This document shows positions 30,701-44,395 of a stretch of DNA of 64,000 bases, one piece after another. The DNA is from the human T2T-CHM13v2.0 reference genome, Homo sapiens. The position numbers and the translations under genes were made by a program. The stretch lies in assembly GCF_009914755.1 (NCBI RefSeq), contig NC_060938.1. One strand, given 5' to 3'. Every line of letters starts with the position of its first letter. Positions within the stretch are counted from its first letter, which is position 1. The notes under the pieces are model-generated. The model made no database searches. It saw nothing but the letters and a program-made list of their open reading frames with translations, and was not told where the DNA came from.

Positions 30701-33055
30701 ATGACCAAGTTGGCTTCATCCCTGGGATGCAAGGCTAGTTCAACATGCAAATCAATAAATGTAATCCCTCACATAAACGGAATCAATGACAAAAACTACA
30801 TGATTATCTCAATAGATGCTGAAAAGGCCTTTGACAAAATTCAACAGCCCTTCATGCTAAAAATTCTCAATAAACTGGTATTGATGGAACATATCTCAAA
30901 ATATTAAGTGCTATTTATGGCAAACCCACAGCCAATAACATACTGAATGTGCAAAAACTGGAAGCATTCCCTTTGAAAATCAGCACAAGACAAGGATGCC
31001 CTCTCTCACTACTCCTATTCCACATAGTGTTGGAAGTTCTGGCCAGGGTAATCAGGCAAGAGAAAGAAATACAGGGTGTTCAATTAGGAAAAGAAGAAGT
31101 CAAATTGTCTCTGTTTGCAGATGACATGATTATATATTTAGAAAACCCCATCGTCTCAGCCCAAAATCTCCTTAAGCTGATAAGCAACTTCAGCAAAGTT
31201 TCAGGATACAAAATTAATGTGCAAAAATCACAAGCTTTCTTATACACCAATAACAGACAAACAGAGAGCCAAACTATGAGTGAACTCCCATTCTCCATTG
31301 TTACAACAAGAATGAAATACCTAGGAATACAACTTACAAGGATGTGAAGGACCTCTTCAAGGAGAACTATAAACCACTCCTCAAGGAAACAAGAGAGGAC
31401 ACAAACAAATGGAAAAACATTCCATGCTCATCAATAGGAAGAATCAATATCGTGAAAATGGCCATACTACCCAAAGTAATTTATAGATTCACTGCTATCC
31501 CCATTAAACTCTATTGACTTTCTCCACAGAATTGGAAAAATATATTTTAAATTCCATATGGAATCAAAAAAGAGCCCGAATAGCCAAGACAATCCTAAGC
31601 AAAAAGAACAAAGCTTCAAGCATCATGCTACCTGACTTCAAACTATACTACAAGGCTATGATAAACAAAAGAGCATGGTACTGGTACCAAAACAGATATA
31701 TAGATCAAAGGAACAGAACCGAACCCTCAGAAATAACACCACATATCTACAACCATCTGATCTTTGACAAACCTGAGAAAAACAAGCACTGAGGAAAGGA
31801 TTCCCTATTTAATAAATGATGTTGGGAAAACTGGCTAGCCTTAGGCAGAAAGCTGAAACTGGATCCCTTCCTTACACCTTATATAAAAATTAACTCAAGA
31901 TGAATTAAAGACTTAAACCTAATACCTAAAGCCGTAAAAACCCTAGAGGAAAACCTAGGCAATACCATTCAGGACATAGGCATGGGCAAAGACTTCATGA
32001 CTAAAACACCAAAAACAATGGCAACAAAAACCAAAATTGACAAATGGGACCTAATTAAACTAAAGAGTTTCTGGACAGCAAAAGAAACTATGAGAGTGAA
32101 AGGGCAACCTACGAAATGGGAGAAAATTTTTGCAATCTATCCATCTGACAAAGACCTAATATCCAGAATCTACAAAGAACTTAAACAAATTTACAAGAAA
32201 GAACAATCCCATCAAAAAGTGGGCAAAGGATGTGAACAGACACTTCTTAAAAGAGGACAATTATGCAACCAAGAAACATATGAAAAAAAGCTCATCATCA
32301 CTAGTCATTAGAGAAATGCAAATCAAAACCACAATGAGATGCCATCTCATGCCAGTTAGAATGGCAATCATTAAAAAGTCAGGAAACAAAAGATACTGGA
32401 GAGGATGTGGAGAAATAGGATTGCTTTTACACTGTTGGTGGGAGTGTAAATTAGTTCAACCATTGTGGAAGACAGTGTGGCTATTCCTCAAGGATCTAGA
32501 ACTAGAAATGCCATTTGGCCCAGCAATCCCATTACTGGGTATATACCCAAAGGATTATAAATCATTCTACCATAAAGACACATGCACACGTATGTTTATT
32601 GCAGGACTGTTCACAATAACAAAGACTTAGAACCAACCCAAATGCCCATCAATTATAGACTGGATAAAGAAAATGTGGCACATATACACCATGGAATACT
32701 ATGCAGCCATAAAAAAGGATGAGTTCATGTCCTTTGTAGGGACATGGATGAAGCTGGAAATCTTCATTCTCAGCAAACTAACACAAGAATAGAAAACAAA
32801 ACACCACATGTTCTCACTCATAAGTGGGAGTTGAACAACGAGAACACAAGCACACAGGGAGGGGAACATCACACACTGGGGCATGTTGGGGGTTGGGGGC
32901 GGGGGGAGGGATAGCATTAGGACAAATACCTAATATAGGTGATGGGTTGATGGGTGCAGCAAACCACCACAGCACATGTATACCTATGTAACAAACCTCA
33001 GCATTCTGCACGTGTACCCCACAACTTAAAGTATAATAAAAACGTAGGTTAAAAA
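27790..33055 (+). mobile_element. L1PA7-like LINE-1 with both ends present but 5'UTR spliced out (SpIRE-type); ORF1 (ATG 28052) and ORF2 (ATG 29139) disrupted
   Basis: 5' end GCTGGCAAGATG..GAATAGGAACAGCTCCGG; ORF1 MGRNQCKNAENSK; ORF2 LSLFADDMI; L1PA7-type 3'UTR; 12-bp TSD AAAGTATTACAG at 27778-27789 and 33056-33067. Confidence 0.95.
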
Positions 33056-33649
33056 AAAGTATTACAGACACAGTATGATGCAAATCTTTGACTTGGCTAG
33101 CCTCAAGGCTTTTAAAAGTCTAAGATTCCTTAGTAGAAAGTTCCAACAAAGCCAATTTTAAGAAGCCTATATGGTCAATAAATATTCTTGCTGCACTTTA
33201 TGCAAATAATCAGACCAGGTATGATAAGACTAAAACTTATTTTGCACAGAAATTTGTCCTACTATGGTTTGTCTTTGATAAAATGATGGACTAGAGAGAG
33301 AAAATTCATGTTTCAAATGAAAACTGTGACATATGCTATTAGATTCCAGCCCTGATCATTCTTTTCCGAGTTTTTATTATTTGCCTATAATTTGGGCTGA
33401 ATCCTGAATTATTTCCTGGCTCCAAGTGTTCCCTAGTGAACCCAGATAAAATATATTTTTAAAAAACTTGTTTTATCCTGTCAGTAATGAGATGTATTTT
33501 TATAGGACTACTTAAACTAGCAATTACAATTCGATTATTATGATTATAGAATCTCGGGATTTATCTTCCTTCTTGTCAAGGTCTTTACCTGATGTTTGTC
33601 TCATTAAAAAAAAAAAGAAATCAGACTGATTGCACTCTACTCAAGACTG

Positions 33650-34200
33650 AAGACATGTACTTTAACCTGTCTCTGTTACCAGTAAACCAAAGCCTTAAAT
33701 TTCAGAATCCGTCAGGGACCCTGTGTGGTCCCTGGATCAAGCACACATGGGCTTATGAATGTGTTGACCGCTGGCATATGAGAGGTAATTGTCTATTAGG
33801 TTATGTGGCTCTTCCTCTTCCTATTTATAACTCCAATGTTTCTGAACGCTGAAGTAGTTCATCGAAATTATTTTCCAGGATTAGACAAACCGTACCTGCA
33901 AACCAAGGAGATGAATTTTGGCCTATGTTTGGCAGAAATCTCTTGCAATGGTGGGGAGTAACCTCTCATGAACGTATAATTAGAAATCTGTCAACCACTC
34001 TAGGTAACTTAGCAAATGAACTAGCTGAAGCCATAGCTACCAAATAAAGATCTTCAGACTCTTTAGTCAGGATAGTCATGGATGACGGAATAACTTTAGG
34101 CTACATAGTGGTGAAACAGGGAGAAACTCATATGGCAGCTAGCTAACACTTCATGTTGTGTTTAGATCCATACATCTTCTGAAGTTGAAACACGTGTAAA
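33650..34200 (+). pseudogene. env: Gammaretroviral-type env remnant (end of SU and TM)
   Basis: Manual translation WWGVTSHERIIRNLSTTLGNLANELAEAI..DSLVRIVMDDGITLGYIVVKQG..NTSCC: heptad, degenerate immunosuppressive domain and CC; stops and frameshift. Confidence 0.7.
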
Positions 34201-34236
34201 AAAATAAGACGATATGGGAATTAATTATGACAAATC

Positions 34237-34769
34237 CTAGGGAAGAGGCTGAAAGAGCTGTAACACAAACAGGGCTGAGACATGCCCCTTGCTCGCCACA
34301 TTGTGGGCAAAGAGAAGGAAAGAAGAGCTATGGCCCTTTGGGGAGCCCAGACCTGGGAGCTCCCTGAGCCAGAGCTGTGATTCCTTCTTTGGGGCCTTTG
34401 GTTCCTGATATCTCCAAGCTTCTGGGTGCCACTGTGTTCCCAGTGTGCCAGCTGTGGAAGCTTCTTGAGGTGCCCGTGGTCCAGCCACAGCCTTGTGGAG
34501 AGCTGGCGCCCGTGTTGGCACCTGGAGCTACCTGCTCCACTTCAGCAGCCAGCAAATCTGACTGCACAGTGACCAGACCCCATGCTCACTCACACACCCC
34601 TTGCCACTCCATGCAGTCTCCCTTGGCAGGCATGGGATCCAACGTGGTAGCATGAGCAGAGCACAGCCTGCCAGGCTGAGTGTGCGGGGCCCAGCAAAAC
34701 TCAGGCAAAGGTGCCACCAGTCATAGAGGTTTCTGTCCAGAAAAGTAACACCCCAAAGATCCCATAACA
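34237..34769 (+). mobile_element. MER52 LTR, 3' portion only
   Basis: Homologous to the reverse complement of 57482-58020; ends AAAGATCCCATAACA. Confidence 0.8.
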
Positions 34770-35431
34770 CCGCTACTCTTCCCAGCCTCTGGAAACTCTC
34801 AGTCTACTCTCTATCTTGATGAGTTCAATTGTTTTAATTTTTAGCTCCCACAAATGAGTGAGAACATGCGAAGTCTGTCTTTCTGTGCCTGGCTCATTGT
34901 ACTTAACATAATTGTCCTCTAGTTCCATCCATGTTGTTGCAAATGACAGAATCTTATTCTTTTTCATGGCCGAAGAGTACTCCATTGTGTATATGTACTA
35001 CATTTTCTTTATCCCTTCATCTGTTGATGCACACTTAGGTTGCTTCCAAATCTTGGCTATTATGAATAGTGCTGAAATAAATATGGGAATGCAGATATCT
35101 CTTTGATATACTAATTTTCCCTCTCTTGGGTATATACCCAGCAGTGGGATTGCTGGATCATATGATAGTTCTATTTTTAATTTTTTGAGGGACCTCCATA
35201 TTGTTCTCCATAGTGAATATATTAATTTACATTCCCACCAACAGAGTAAGAGTGTTCCCTTTTCCCCAAATTCTTGAAAGCATTTGTTATTGCCTGTCTT
35301 TTGCATAAAAGCCATTTTAATGGGGTAAGATGATATATTTTTGTTGTTTTGATTTCAATTTCTGTCATGATCAATGATATTGAGCATCTTTTCATATACC
35401 TATTTGACATTTATATATGTTCTTTTTTGTT

Positions 35432-35712
35432 TTTGCTCATTTTTTGAGACAGGGTCTCACTCTGTCACCCAGGCTGGAGTGCAGTGGTATGATCATGGCT
35501 TAATGTAGTGTTGACTGCCAGGGTTCAAGCAATCCTCCCACCTCAGCCTCCTGAGTAGCTGGGACCACAGTCATGCATCACCATGCCCAGGTAGTTTTTA
35601 AAATTATTTGCTATGTTGTTCAGGTTGGTCTTGAACTCCTGGGCTCAAGTGGCCCACCCGTCTTGGCTCCCCAAAGTTCTGGAATTACATGTGTCAGCCA
35701 CTGCGCCTGACC
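35432..35712 (-). mobile_element. AluJ
   Basis: Antisense Alu with J diagnostics. Confidence 0.85.
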
Positions 35713-36138
35713 TGTGTGCCTTCTTTTGTGAACTGTCTGTTCAGATCTTTTGCCTATTTAAATAATTGGATTGTTAGTTTTTTTCTTGTAGAGTTGTTTG
35801 AGCTCCTTATATATTCTGGTTATTAATCCCTTGTCAGTTATATAGTTTGCAAATATTTTCTTCCATTCTGTGGATTGTCTTTTCACTTTGTCCATTGTTT
35901 TCTTTACTGTGCAGAAACTTTTGAACTTGATGTGATACCACTTGTTCATTTTTGCTTTGGTTGCCTGAGCTTTTGGAGTATTACTCAAGAAATCTGTGCC
36001 AAGACCAATTTCCTGGAGAGTTTCCCTAATGTTTTCTTTCAGTAGTTTCGTGTCTTTGATTTAAGTCTTTAACCCATTTGGATTTGATTTTTGTATATAG
36101 TGCAAGAGAGGGTTCTAGTTTAACTATTCTGCCAATGA

Positions 36139-36401
36139 CTTTGGGAGGCCAAGGTGGGCGGATCATGGGGGCAGGAGATCGAGACCATCCTGGCTAACAC
36201 GGTGAAACTCCGTCACTACTAAAAGTACAAAAAAAAAATTAGCCAGGCGTGGTGGTGGGCACCTGTACTCCCAGCTACTTGGGAGGCTGAGGAGGAGAAT
36301 GGTGTGAACCCGGGAGGTGGAGCTTGCAGTGAGCCCAGATCGCGCCACTGCACTCCAGCCTGAGCAACAGAGCTAGACTCCATCTCAAAAAAAAAAAAAA
36401 A
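36139..36401 (+). mobile_element. AluY, 5'-truncated
   Basis: Starts at CTTTGGGAGG; 11-bp TSD TCTGCCAATGA at 36128-36138 and 36402-36412. Confidence 0.93.
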
Positions 36402-37740
36402 TCTGCCAATGAATATCTAGTTTTCCCAGCACAATTTGTTGAAGAGACTGTCCTCTCCCCCATGTATATTCTTGGCACCTTCATTGAAAATGAGTTAATT
36501 GTAAATGTATGGATTTATTTCTGGGTTCTCTATTCTGTTCCATTGGTCTATGTGTCTGTTTTATGCCAGTACCATGCTGTTTTGTTTATAATTGCTCTGT
36601 ACTATAATTTAAAGTCAGGTGATGTGATTCTTCCAGTTTTGTTCTTTTTGCTCAGGATGGCTTTTGGTATTCTGGGTCTTTTATGGTTTCATGTAAATTT
36701 TAGGATTTTTTTTCTATTTCTGTGAAGAAAGTTATTAGTATTTCAATAGGGATTGCATTGAATCTGTAGATTGCTTTGTGAAGTATGGGTATTTTAACAA
36801 TATTTACTCTTCCAATAAATGAACATGGACTATCTTTCCATTTTTTTTTTGGTGTCCTCTTTAATTTTTTTGCATCTATGTTTTATAGTTTTCATTGTAG
36901 AGATCTTTCACTTCTTCTGTTATGTTTATTCCCAGTTATTTTATTTTATTTGTAGCTATTGTAAATGGGATTACATTCTTGATTTTCTTCTTTAGATTGT
37001 TCATTTTTGTCATTTAGAAATGCTACTGACTTTTGTAGTTTGATTTTGTATGCTGTGACTCTGAATTTGTTGATCAGTTCTAATAGTTTTTTGGTGGAGT
37101 CCTTAGGTTTTTCCAAATATAAGAGCTAATCATCTGCAAACAAGAAACAGTAATAATTTTACTTCTTTCCAATTTGGATCCCTTTTATTGTTTTTCTCTT
37201 GTCTGAATTGCTCTAGCTAGGACTTCCAGTACTATGTTGAGTAACAGTGTTGGAAGTGGACATTCTTGTCTTGTTCCAGATCTTAGAAGAAAGGCTTTCA
37301 GCTTTTCCCTGTCCAGGATGATACTGGCTGTGGGTCTGTTGCATATGGTTTTCATTGTGTTGTGGTATGTTCCTTCTATATCTAGTTTTTTTTGAGGGTT
37401 TCTTTTTATCACAGGGATGTTGAATTTTATTAAATGCTTTTCAGCATCAATTGAAATTATCATATGGTTTTTGTCCTTCATTCTGTTGATATGATGTGTC
37501 ACATTGATTGATTTGCATACATTGAACCATGTTGGCATCCTTGGGATAAATCCCACTTAGACATGATGAATGGTCTTTTTCATAGGATGAGTTTGGAAAT
37601 ACTACAGCCTTCTCTGTTTTTTTGGAATAGTTTGAGTAGGATTGATAGTAATTCTGCCTTCAATGTTTGGTAAAATTAATCAGTGAAGCCAGTGAAGCCA
37701 TTGAATCCAGGCTTTTCTTTGCTAGGACATGTTTTATTAA

Positions 37741-38063
<323 letters not shown>

Positions 38064-38459
38064 CCATTTCTTCCAGGTTTTTCAATTTATTGGAATATAG
38101 TTGGTCATAATAGTTTCTAATGATTCTTTGAATTTCCACAGTATCAGTTATAGTGTCTCCTTTTTAATCTCTGGTTTTATGTATTTGAATCTTCTCTCTT
38201 TTTTCTTAGTCTGGTTAAGTGTTTGTTGATTTTGTTGGTCTTTTAAAAATATTAACTTTTCATTTCATTGATATTTTATATTTTTAAATTTCAATTTCAT
38301 TTATTTCTGCTCCGATCTTTGCTATGTTTCCTTCTACTAATTTTGGTTTTGGCTTGCTCTTGCTTTTCTAATTATTTAAGATGCATTATTAGGTTGTTTA
38401 TTTGAAGCTTTTCTACTTTTTTTGATGTAGGTGCTTTTATCTATAAACTTACCTCTTAG

Positions 38460-38825
<366 letters not shown>

Positions 38826-38869
38826 TGAGACCCTTTTACTTGATAACAGTGGTAGCTGGGACAAGTTGG

Positions 38870-39160
38870 CAATGTAAATAAATAAACAACATCTAGATTG
38901 GAAAGGAAGAAGTACAGTTATCTTTATGTACAGATGACATGATCTTGCATTTAGAAAATCGTAAGAAATTTACTAAAAAGTATTAGGACTCATGAACAAA
39001 CTTAAGAATGTAACACTATATAAGATTGGTATACAAAAATAACTGTATTTCTTTACCAATAAATCAAGAATCCAAAAATGGAATTAAAAAAATAAATCTT
39101 GTTACAATAGAATTAAAGCTGGGGAAGCTTAAACTTGAACACTAAAAACTACAATACATG
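38870..39160 (+). mobile_element. Old L1M ORF2 (RT) fragment
   Basis: GGAAAGGAAGAAGTACAGTTATCTTTATGTACAGATGACATGATC, a degenerate [15 protein letters not shown]. Confidence 0.7.
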
Positions 39161-39669
39161 GTTAGCGTTGGAAACACCCAGATACCATCCCTGAGCCTTC
39201 TCTCCTTGGCTCTGAGGGCTTTACCTTCACGGGGTGAGGAAAGGGGTTGCATTCTTGGCTTTTACATTATATTAGGTGGGTTCGGGTTGAGGTATCTGCA
39301 ATTCAAATGAGTATTACAATCTCTACTTTTATGGATAAGAGACTGAGGCCCACCAAGAGAGGGAATGACAGTCCATATCCTGGAAGGCGAATTGTCAGGC
39401 ACTGATTTCCGCTATTTAACCCCTGCCAATCATCATGTATTTAAAGGATCCCCAGATACCATACCAATAGGTGTTCAAGAGAGAGGCCTGTAATCTAGGC
39501 GTCTGAGAAAACAAGGCTAGAGATTCCAATATTGGAGACAACAGGGCTCTGGGAAGATTAAGGTTGAGTTTTCTGGATCTGCAGAATAGAGTCACTGAGG
39601 ACCAATTGCAAGATCAGAGGAGATGAAAGAACAAGTCAGGGCATGCTTAGGAAAAGAGAATACCAGGGA

Positions 39670-40035
39670 TAGGTTTTAGGCAAGAGTCACACTGAGGAAG
39701 GGCAGGTTCTTGGCGTCGTTTAGGAAGAAATCCAAAAGCAAGCCTGTGGTGGAAGAAAGCAGCTCTACGGAGGCATTGGCGGTGTTACAGCACTGCGTCC
39801 ACTCCGGCAGGGCAGGGAGCCCTCCGTGGGTTGTGCTCCCAGAGCAGCAGCCTAGGGGTGGCTTGTAGTCATTTTTATAATTCACTTTTAATGGCATGCT
39901 AATTAAGGGGCGGGTTATTCAGAAATAGCTAGAAATGGGCAGTAACTTCCATCTGTTTCCATGGCAAGGGGTGGGGACTTCTCGTGATGACATGGCATTG
40001 GCAAACTGTCATGGCACTGGTGGGAGCGTCTTCTG
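39670..40035 (-). mobile_element. MER50-like ERV1 LTR, partial
   Basis: Minus strand ACGCTCCCACCAGTGCCATGACAGTTTGCCAATGCCATG..GGAAGTTAC..AATAACCCGCCCCTTAATTAGCATG, typical of the MER50/MER41 group. Confidence 0.55.
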
Positions 40036-40656
40036 GTGATCTGAGGCGTGAGGTGCTTTCGCTGCCTCTCCCAGGTTCCTGCGTGCCTCTTACCTGAAAG
40101 CCCATCACACCCCCATCTGCCCACCTACAAACGTCACTGCCCTTTCACCCCATCCCCGTTTCACACGCACTCCCACATCAACCCTGAGCATTCAAGCCTG
40201 CGTTTCCCTGTTAGGAACCTCGGTGGTAGCCGGAGCTCTGAGAAACCCCTAGGCAGAACTCCTTGCCTAGTTTGTGGCAGACATCAGGGAAGGAAAGGCA
40301 AATTTCAGGTCTTTCTCACAATAAATAAATAAAGATAGGTAGATTTGATTGATGGATGGATGGATGAAACCTGGGAGTCTACGGGCAAATATTTATCAGA
40401 CACTGGAAGTGTAAGTTGTCACAAAGATTATGGAGTGCACCTGTCTTATGACCCTGTTATTTTATCCTAGTATGTGCACTAGAGCATATTTTCTAACAGT
40501 GTAAATTGAAGGCTCACAAATTAGTTTAGTGAGAGAAAAGATAACGGATTGGAAGAGAATTACCATATTCATTAGTTGTGTTTTAAAATTTTTAAAGTAA
40601 AATAGAGACATTATTTTTTTCATGCTTTCGAATGCATCTATAAAAAATAGACTTGA

Positions 40657-40982
<326 letters not shown>

Positions 40983-41199
40983 TCATAGCATAGACCAATT
41001 GGCCTCTATTGAAATTTCTCCATTATTTTCACAATGTCCCAGGCTGTGAAACCAGGATTTAATAAAGAACCAGAATGCCACATCTGTGTCACCTGGGTAG
41101 GGACCAGTCCTGATACATTAACTCCGGGTCTCTGGGTAACTGGACTCAACTGCTGGGCAAAACAGAATGTCCGGCTTGGGTTCCTAACGGGGTACCGCA

Positions 41200-41770
41200 A
41201 AGCCTCATGGGAATTGTAGTGTCACCTTCCAATGATGTTACCATCAAGGACCTTGGGAACCAGCTTTTCTCTCTGCGCTTGCGCCGCCCGGCCCACTCCG
41301 CCATTTTCCTCCGGAAGTGCGGCACCCAGAGGCCGTCCTGTAGCCGGGCCGGCTTGGGGCTTGGTTCTATGTCCCTGCGGGTCGGTGCAAGGGCGAAGAG
41401 GAACCCGTGGGCCTCAGGGGATCCCGGGGGGCCGGACCAGTGTTCCCTAGTTGTGGGAGCAGACGCGTGGGCACATTGCGGGCGGGCAGGGCCTGAAGTG
41501 CAGGTGCGGGCAGTGGACCCTGGCGGGGGCTGGGAGGACAGGCGTGGGGTCCCGGCAGTGAAACGGGTTCTAGAGGCGCAGGAGCAGGTAGGAGAGGCCG
41601 GTGGCCCTGGGCCCGGAGTCTGCAGGCCGCGCTCCTGTCCTGCCGCTGAGGGACCCGGTTACCAACCTGCATGACGCTCAGTTTGCCCATCTGTCCCAGT
41701 GGTAACACACAGTTCTCGGGAGACGTTCCCCATTCCCAGAGGAGTAGTGTGAAACGCGTGCGCCTCTAGT
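41200..41770 (+). promoter_or_regulatory. CpG-island promoter / probable first exon of a + strand non-coding transcript
   Basis: Non-repeat GC/CpG-rich block; NRF1-like TGCGCTTGCGC (41274-41284), YY1 CCGCCATTTT (41298-41307), ETS/GABPA CCGGAAGTG (41311-41319); donor-like CAG|GTGCGG and CAG|GTAGGA downstream. Confidence 0.8.
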
Positions 41771-42519
41771 CTTAAACTTGGCGTTTGTATTAGTTGGGTT
41801 TCCTGGTGTCTCTTTAACAAGTGAAGTTTCTGGTTCCCTCCTTCACTGTGTGACCTGCCTAGTCCTCCTGGGTCGCATTTACAGAAGTTTATACGAGACC
41901 TAGTTTCCAGGGAAGAACTCACTGATTCCGCGAGGGAGATGGCTTAATGGATGATGGTCGTCAGCCTTAAGGATACTTCAGTCTTAACTGTGTGTTACAA
42001 AGTTTGAAAGGGAGGGTTCCCTATGAATAAGAAGCACACTTGAAAGAACAGCCATCTGGTCTAACCTCTCACTGGTGCTTCAGAGGAGGAAAAAAGGTCA
42101 CAGGTGAAGATCCCAGTTTTCCTTGCTCAGGAAATATTAATTCTACTCCCTAGAATGCACAAGATTTGCAAAGACTAGGTGATAGTAGAAGGTTTGGACG
42201 AACTTTCAGAAGGTTGAGGTGAATTCAGCTAAGAAGAACAGGCAAGGACTTAGGAAATATTCCTTATTTGAAGGGGCCTGAAAGTGTGGTCTGGGGTACA
42301 GCAGTGACCTGTCATACTTGAGAGGATTAAAATACTCTCCAAACACAGTCCCATTCCTTCAACCTTAGCTCGTTTTTTCCAGCGTCTGAGATACATTAAA
42401 CCTAGTCCATCCCCAAATTTAACATTAGATTGCGAAGTTCTATTGATTGTATTTGATTTGTAATTTAACATTTTCTCCCCCTACGTAATTTTGTTAAAAA
42501 CACAGAAGTGAATTCTGTT

Positions 42520-42960
42520 CACTTAGGTGTAACAGTTAATACTTGCTGTTTAAGGAACTAATTAAACCTTACTGGCTTATAAAAAACAACCACCATTTTA
42601 TTTGTTCGAAGTTCTGTGGATCTGCACTTTGGTGTGGTGGGTTCAGCTGGGTAGTTAATATATTTGTGTTGCCTGGATCACAAAAAGGCCTCAGTCACCT
42701 GGTGCCTTGACTGAGCCTGGTTGGTTTAAGATAGTTTACTTCACAATCTGGTGGTTTGTGGTGACTCTTGGCTAGGCCCTGTGTCTCCAACAGGGTAGCT
42801 CCAGACTTCTTCACAATTTCCCCCAAAAAGGAAAGAACCAATGGATATTTGCATCACATTTTCCATTTTCCATTCACTGGACAAGTCAGATGGAAAAGCC
42901 CAATTTATTGTCAGAGCATAATATGAGGGCTTGGATAGAAGGAAAGGTGTTATTGGGAAA
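42520..42960 (-). mobile_element. MLT1 (MaLR) solo LTR
   Basis: AACCTTACTGGCTTATAAAAAACAACC..TTCTGTGG..CATTCACTGGACAAGTCA pattern of antisense MLT1. Confidence 0.55.
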
Positions 42961-43409
42961 CATGAGTAGAATGGTGTACTGCAGGAAATACATATTATGT
43001 ACATTTTAAAAAACGTAATTGTAGGCCAAAATTGCTGGTTTGCAAGATGCACTTTCCATGATGTTCAGGTATAGAAAAGCAAGATGTACTGTCATAGGAA
43101 CACTCATATGAAGTTATTTGTGGAATCTACATATTAATAGGAAAATAGTTAATACAGCCCAGTATATTTCTATAACATTTATTTTAGTGAACTTATAATG
43201 TTTCTTTGTATTAAATTATTAGATTATATCTTTAGATAATATTGTTACTAAATTAGTAGGTAATATATATTTTTATTCAAAAATAAATTGTGCATCTAAT
43301 GTCTACCAATTAATGTACTTGTAGATGTATCTTATCTTAACTTGAGTCTTTGCTGCCCCTAATGAGGTGTGAAGGACTCTTCTCCCCTGGGGAAGTTTTT
43401 CTTTTTCAG

Positions 43410-43578
43410 GAGGGAGGAGGGCTTTCCCAGGTAATGTGTCTAGAGTGTTGGGCAGAAGAATCTGGGACCACACCACACCAGTTCTCTCCTTAATCCACGT
43501 CATTTGCCTTCTATCCCAGCTATGTTTCCAGTGTCCTCTGGGTGTTTCCAAGAGCAACAAGAAATGAATAAATCTCTG
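43410..43578 (+). other. Candidate internal exon (21-nt microexon 43410-43430, or 169-nt form ending 43578)
   Basis: Acceptor TTTTTCTTTTTCAG|G; donors CAG|GTAATG at 43430 and CTG|GTGAGT at 43578. Confidence 0.45.
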
Positions 43579-43971
43579 GTGAGTTGTTTATTTGTTCTTC
43601 ACTTTGTTTTACACTGTATTTTCTGAGTTTATGGGTGTCTGTGAATTAAAAAGGAAAAGTAGAAATAAGTAAAACTCAGGTTGAAGGAAATATACATAAA
43701 TAAGATAAAGCTGACCTGTAGATATAGGCAGGTTATAAGAGCTTAGAGTTGTCTAAGTTGAGTGCAAATTTTCCTCTGATCTTTCTGATGCCGAGACAAA
43801 AAAGGCAGTCATGTTTGTTATGTGATTGGAATGGAACCCGAGAAGAGAGCATGCTGTGTTCTTGTGGGACAGGAAAGCTTGCGTGCACCAAGTCTGAACC
43901 ACCACCTTCATTGGTGACATAGATTATGTGCTGGAACATATTTCACACCGGCCTGGCAGTAAACACTTGTA

Positions 43972-44055
43972 GTGTTGTGCAGTGGAAACGGTCATCTTCC
44001 GCTAAAGCACGGCGTGTTGTGCAGCGGAAATGGTCATCTGCTGCTAAAGCACAGC
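43972..44055. repeat. 42-bp tandem duplication (2 copies, 5 mismatches)
   Basis: GTGTTGTGCAGTGGAAACGGTCATCTTCCGCTAAAGCACGGC / GTGTTGTGCAGCGGAAATGGTCATCTGCTGCTAAAGCACAGC. Confidence 0.9.
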
Positions 44056-44395
44056 TTCCATCGTAATGTATGCTCCTTGCTCAAAGAGTGTGGTCCCAAA
44101 CAGCCTTTGGGAGGTCCTCCTTGATTCATGGATGAAACCTGGAACATCTTGAGGACTGAGTTAACCATAGGTCCTTAAATAACTCTCCACACGTTTTTCT
44201 TAGTTTATCTCTACATGCAGGGTGTGCAGCAGCCTGTTCAAAGTCATATTTTCTGGGAAATATTTCCAGTGTTTATTTGCACTTTAGCCCACTCTGTGTA
44301 GCCTTATTTCTTCTAAACTCACCATTAACCTGAATAATAGTCAAATTTAGGGGGACTGTATTTGCCTTACTTGAGTCTTCTACCATAGTTGAAAC

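Noticed and set aside
41207-41708. 155-aa (+) and 113-aa (-) ORFs as protein-coding genes
   Set aside because: GC-rich island sequence is stop-poor, several frames are open at once and no domain is recognisable. Ribo-seq or conservation evidence would be needed.
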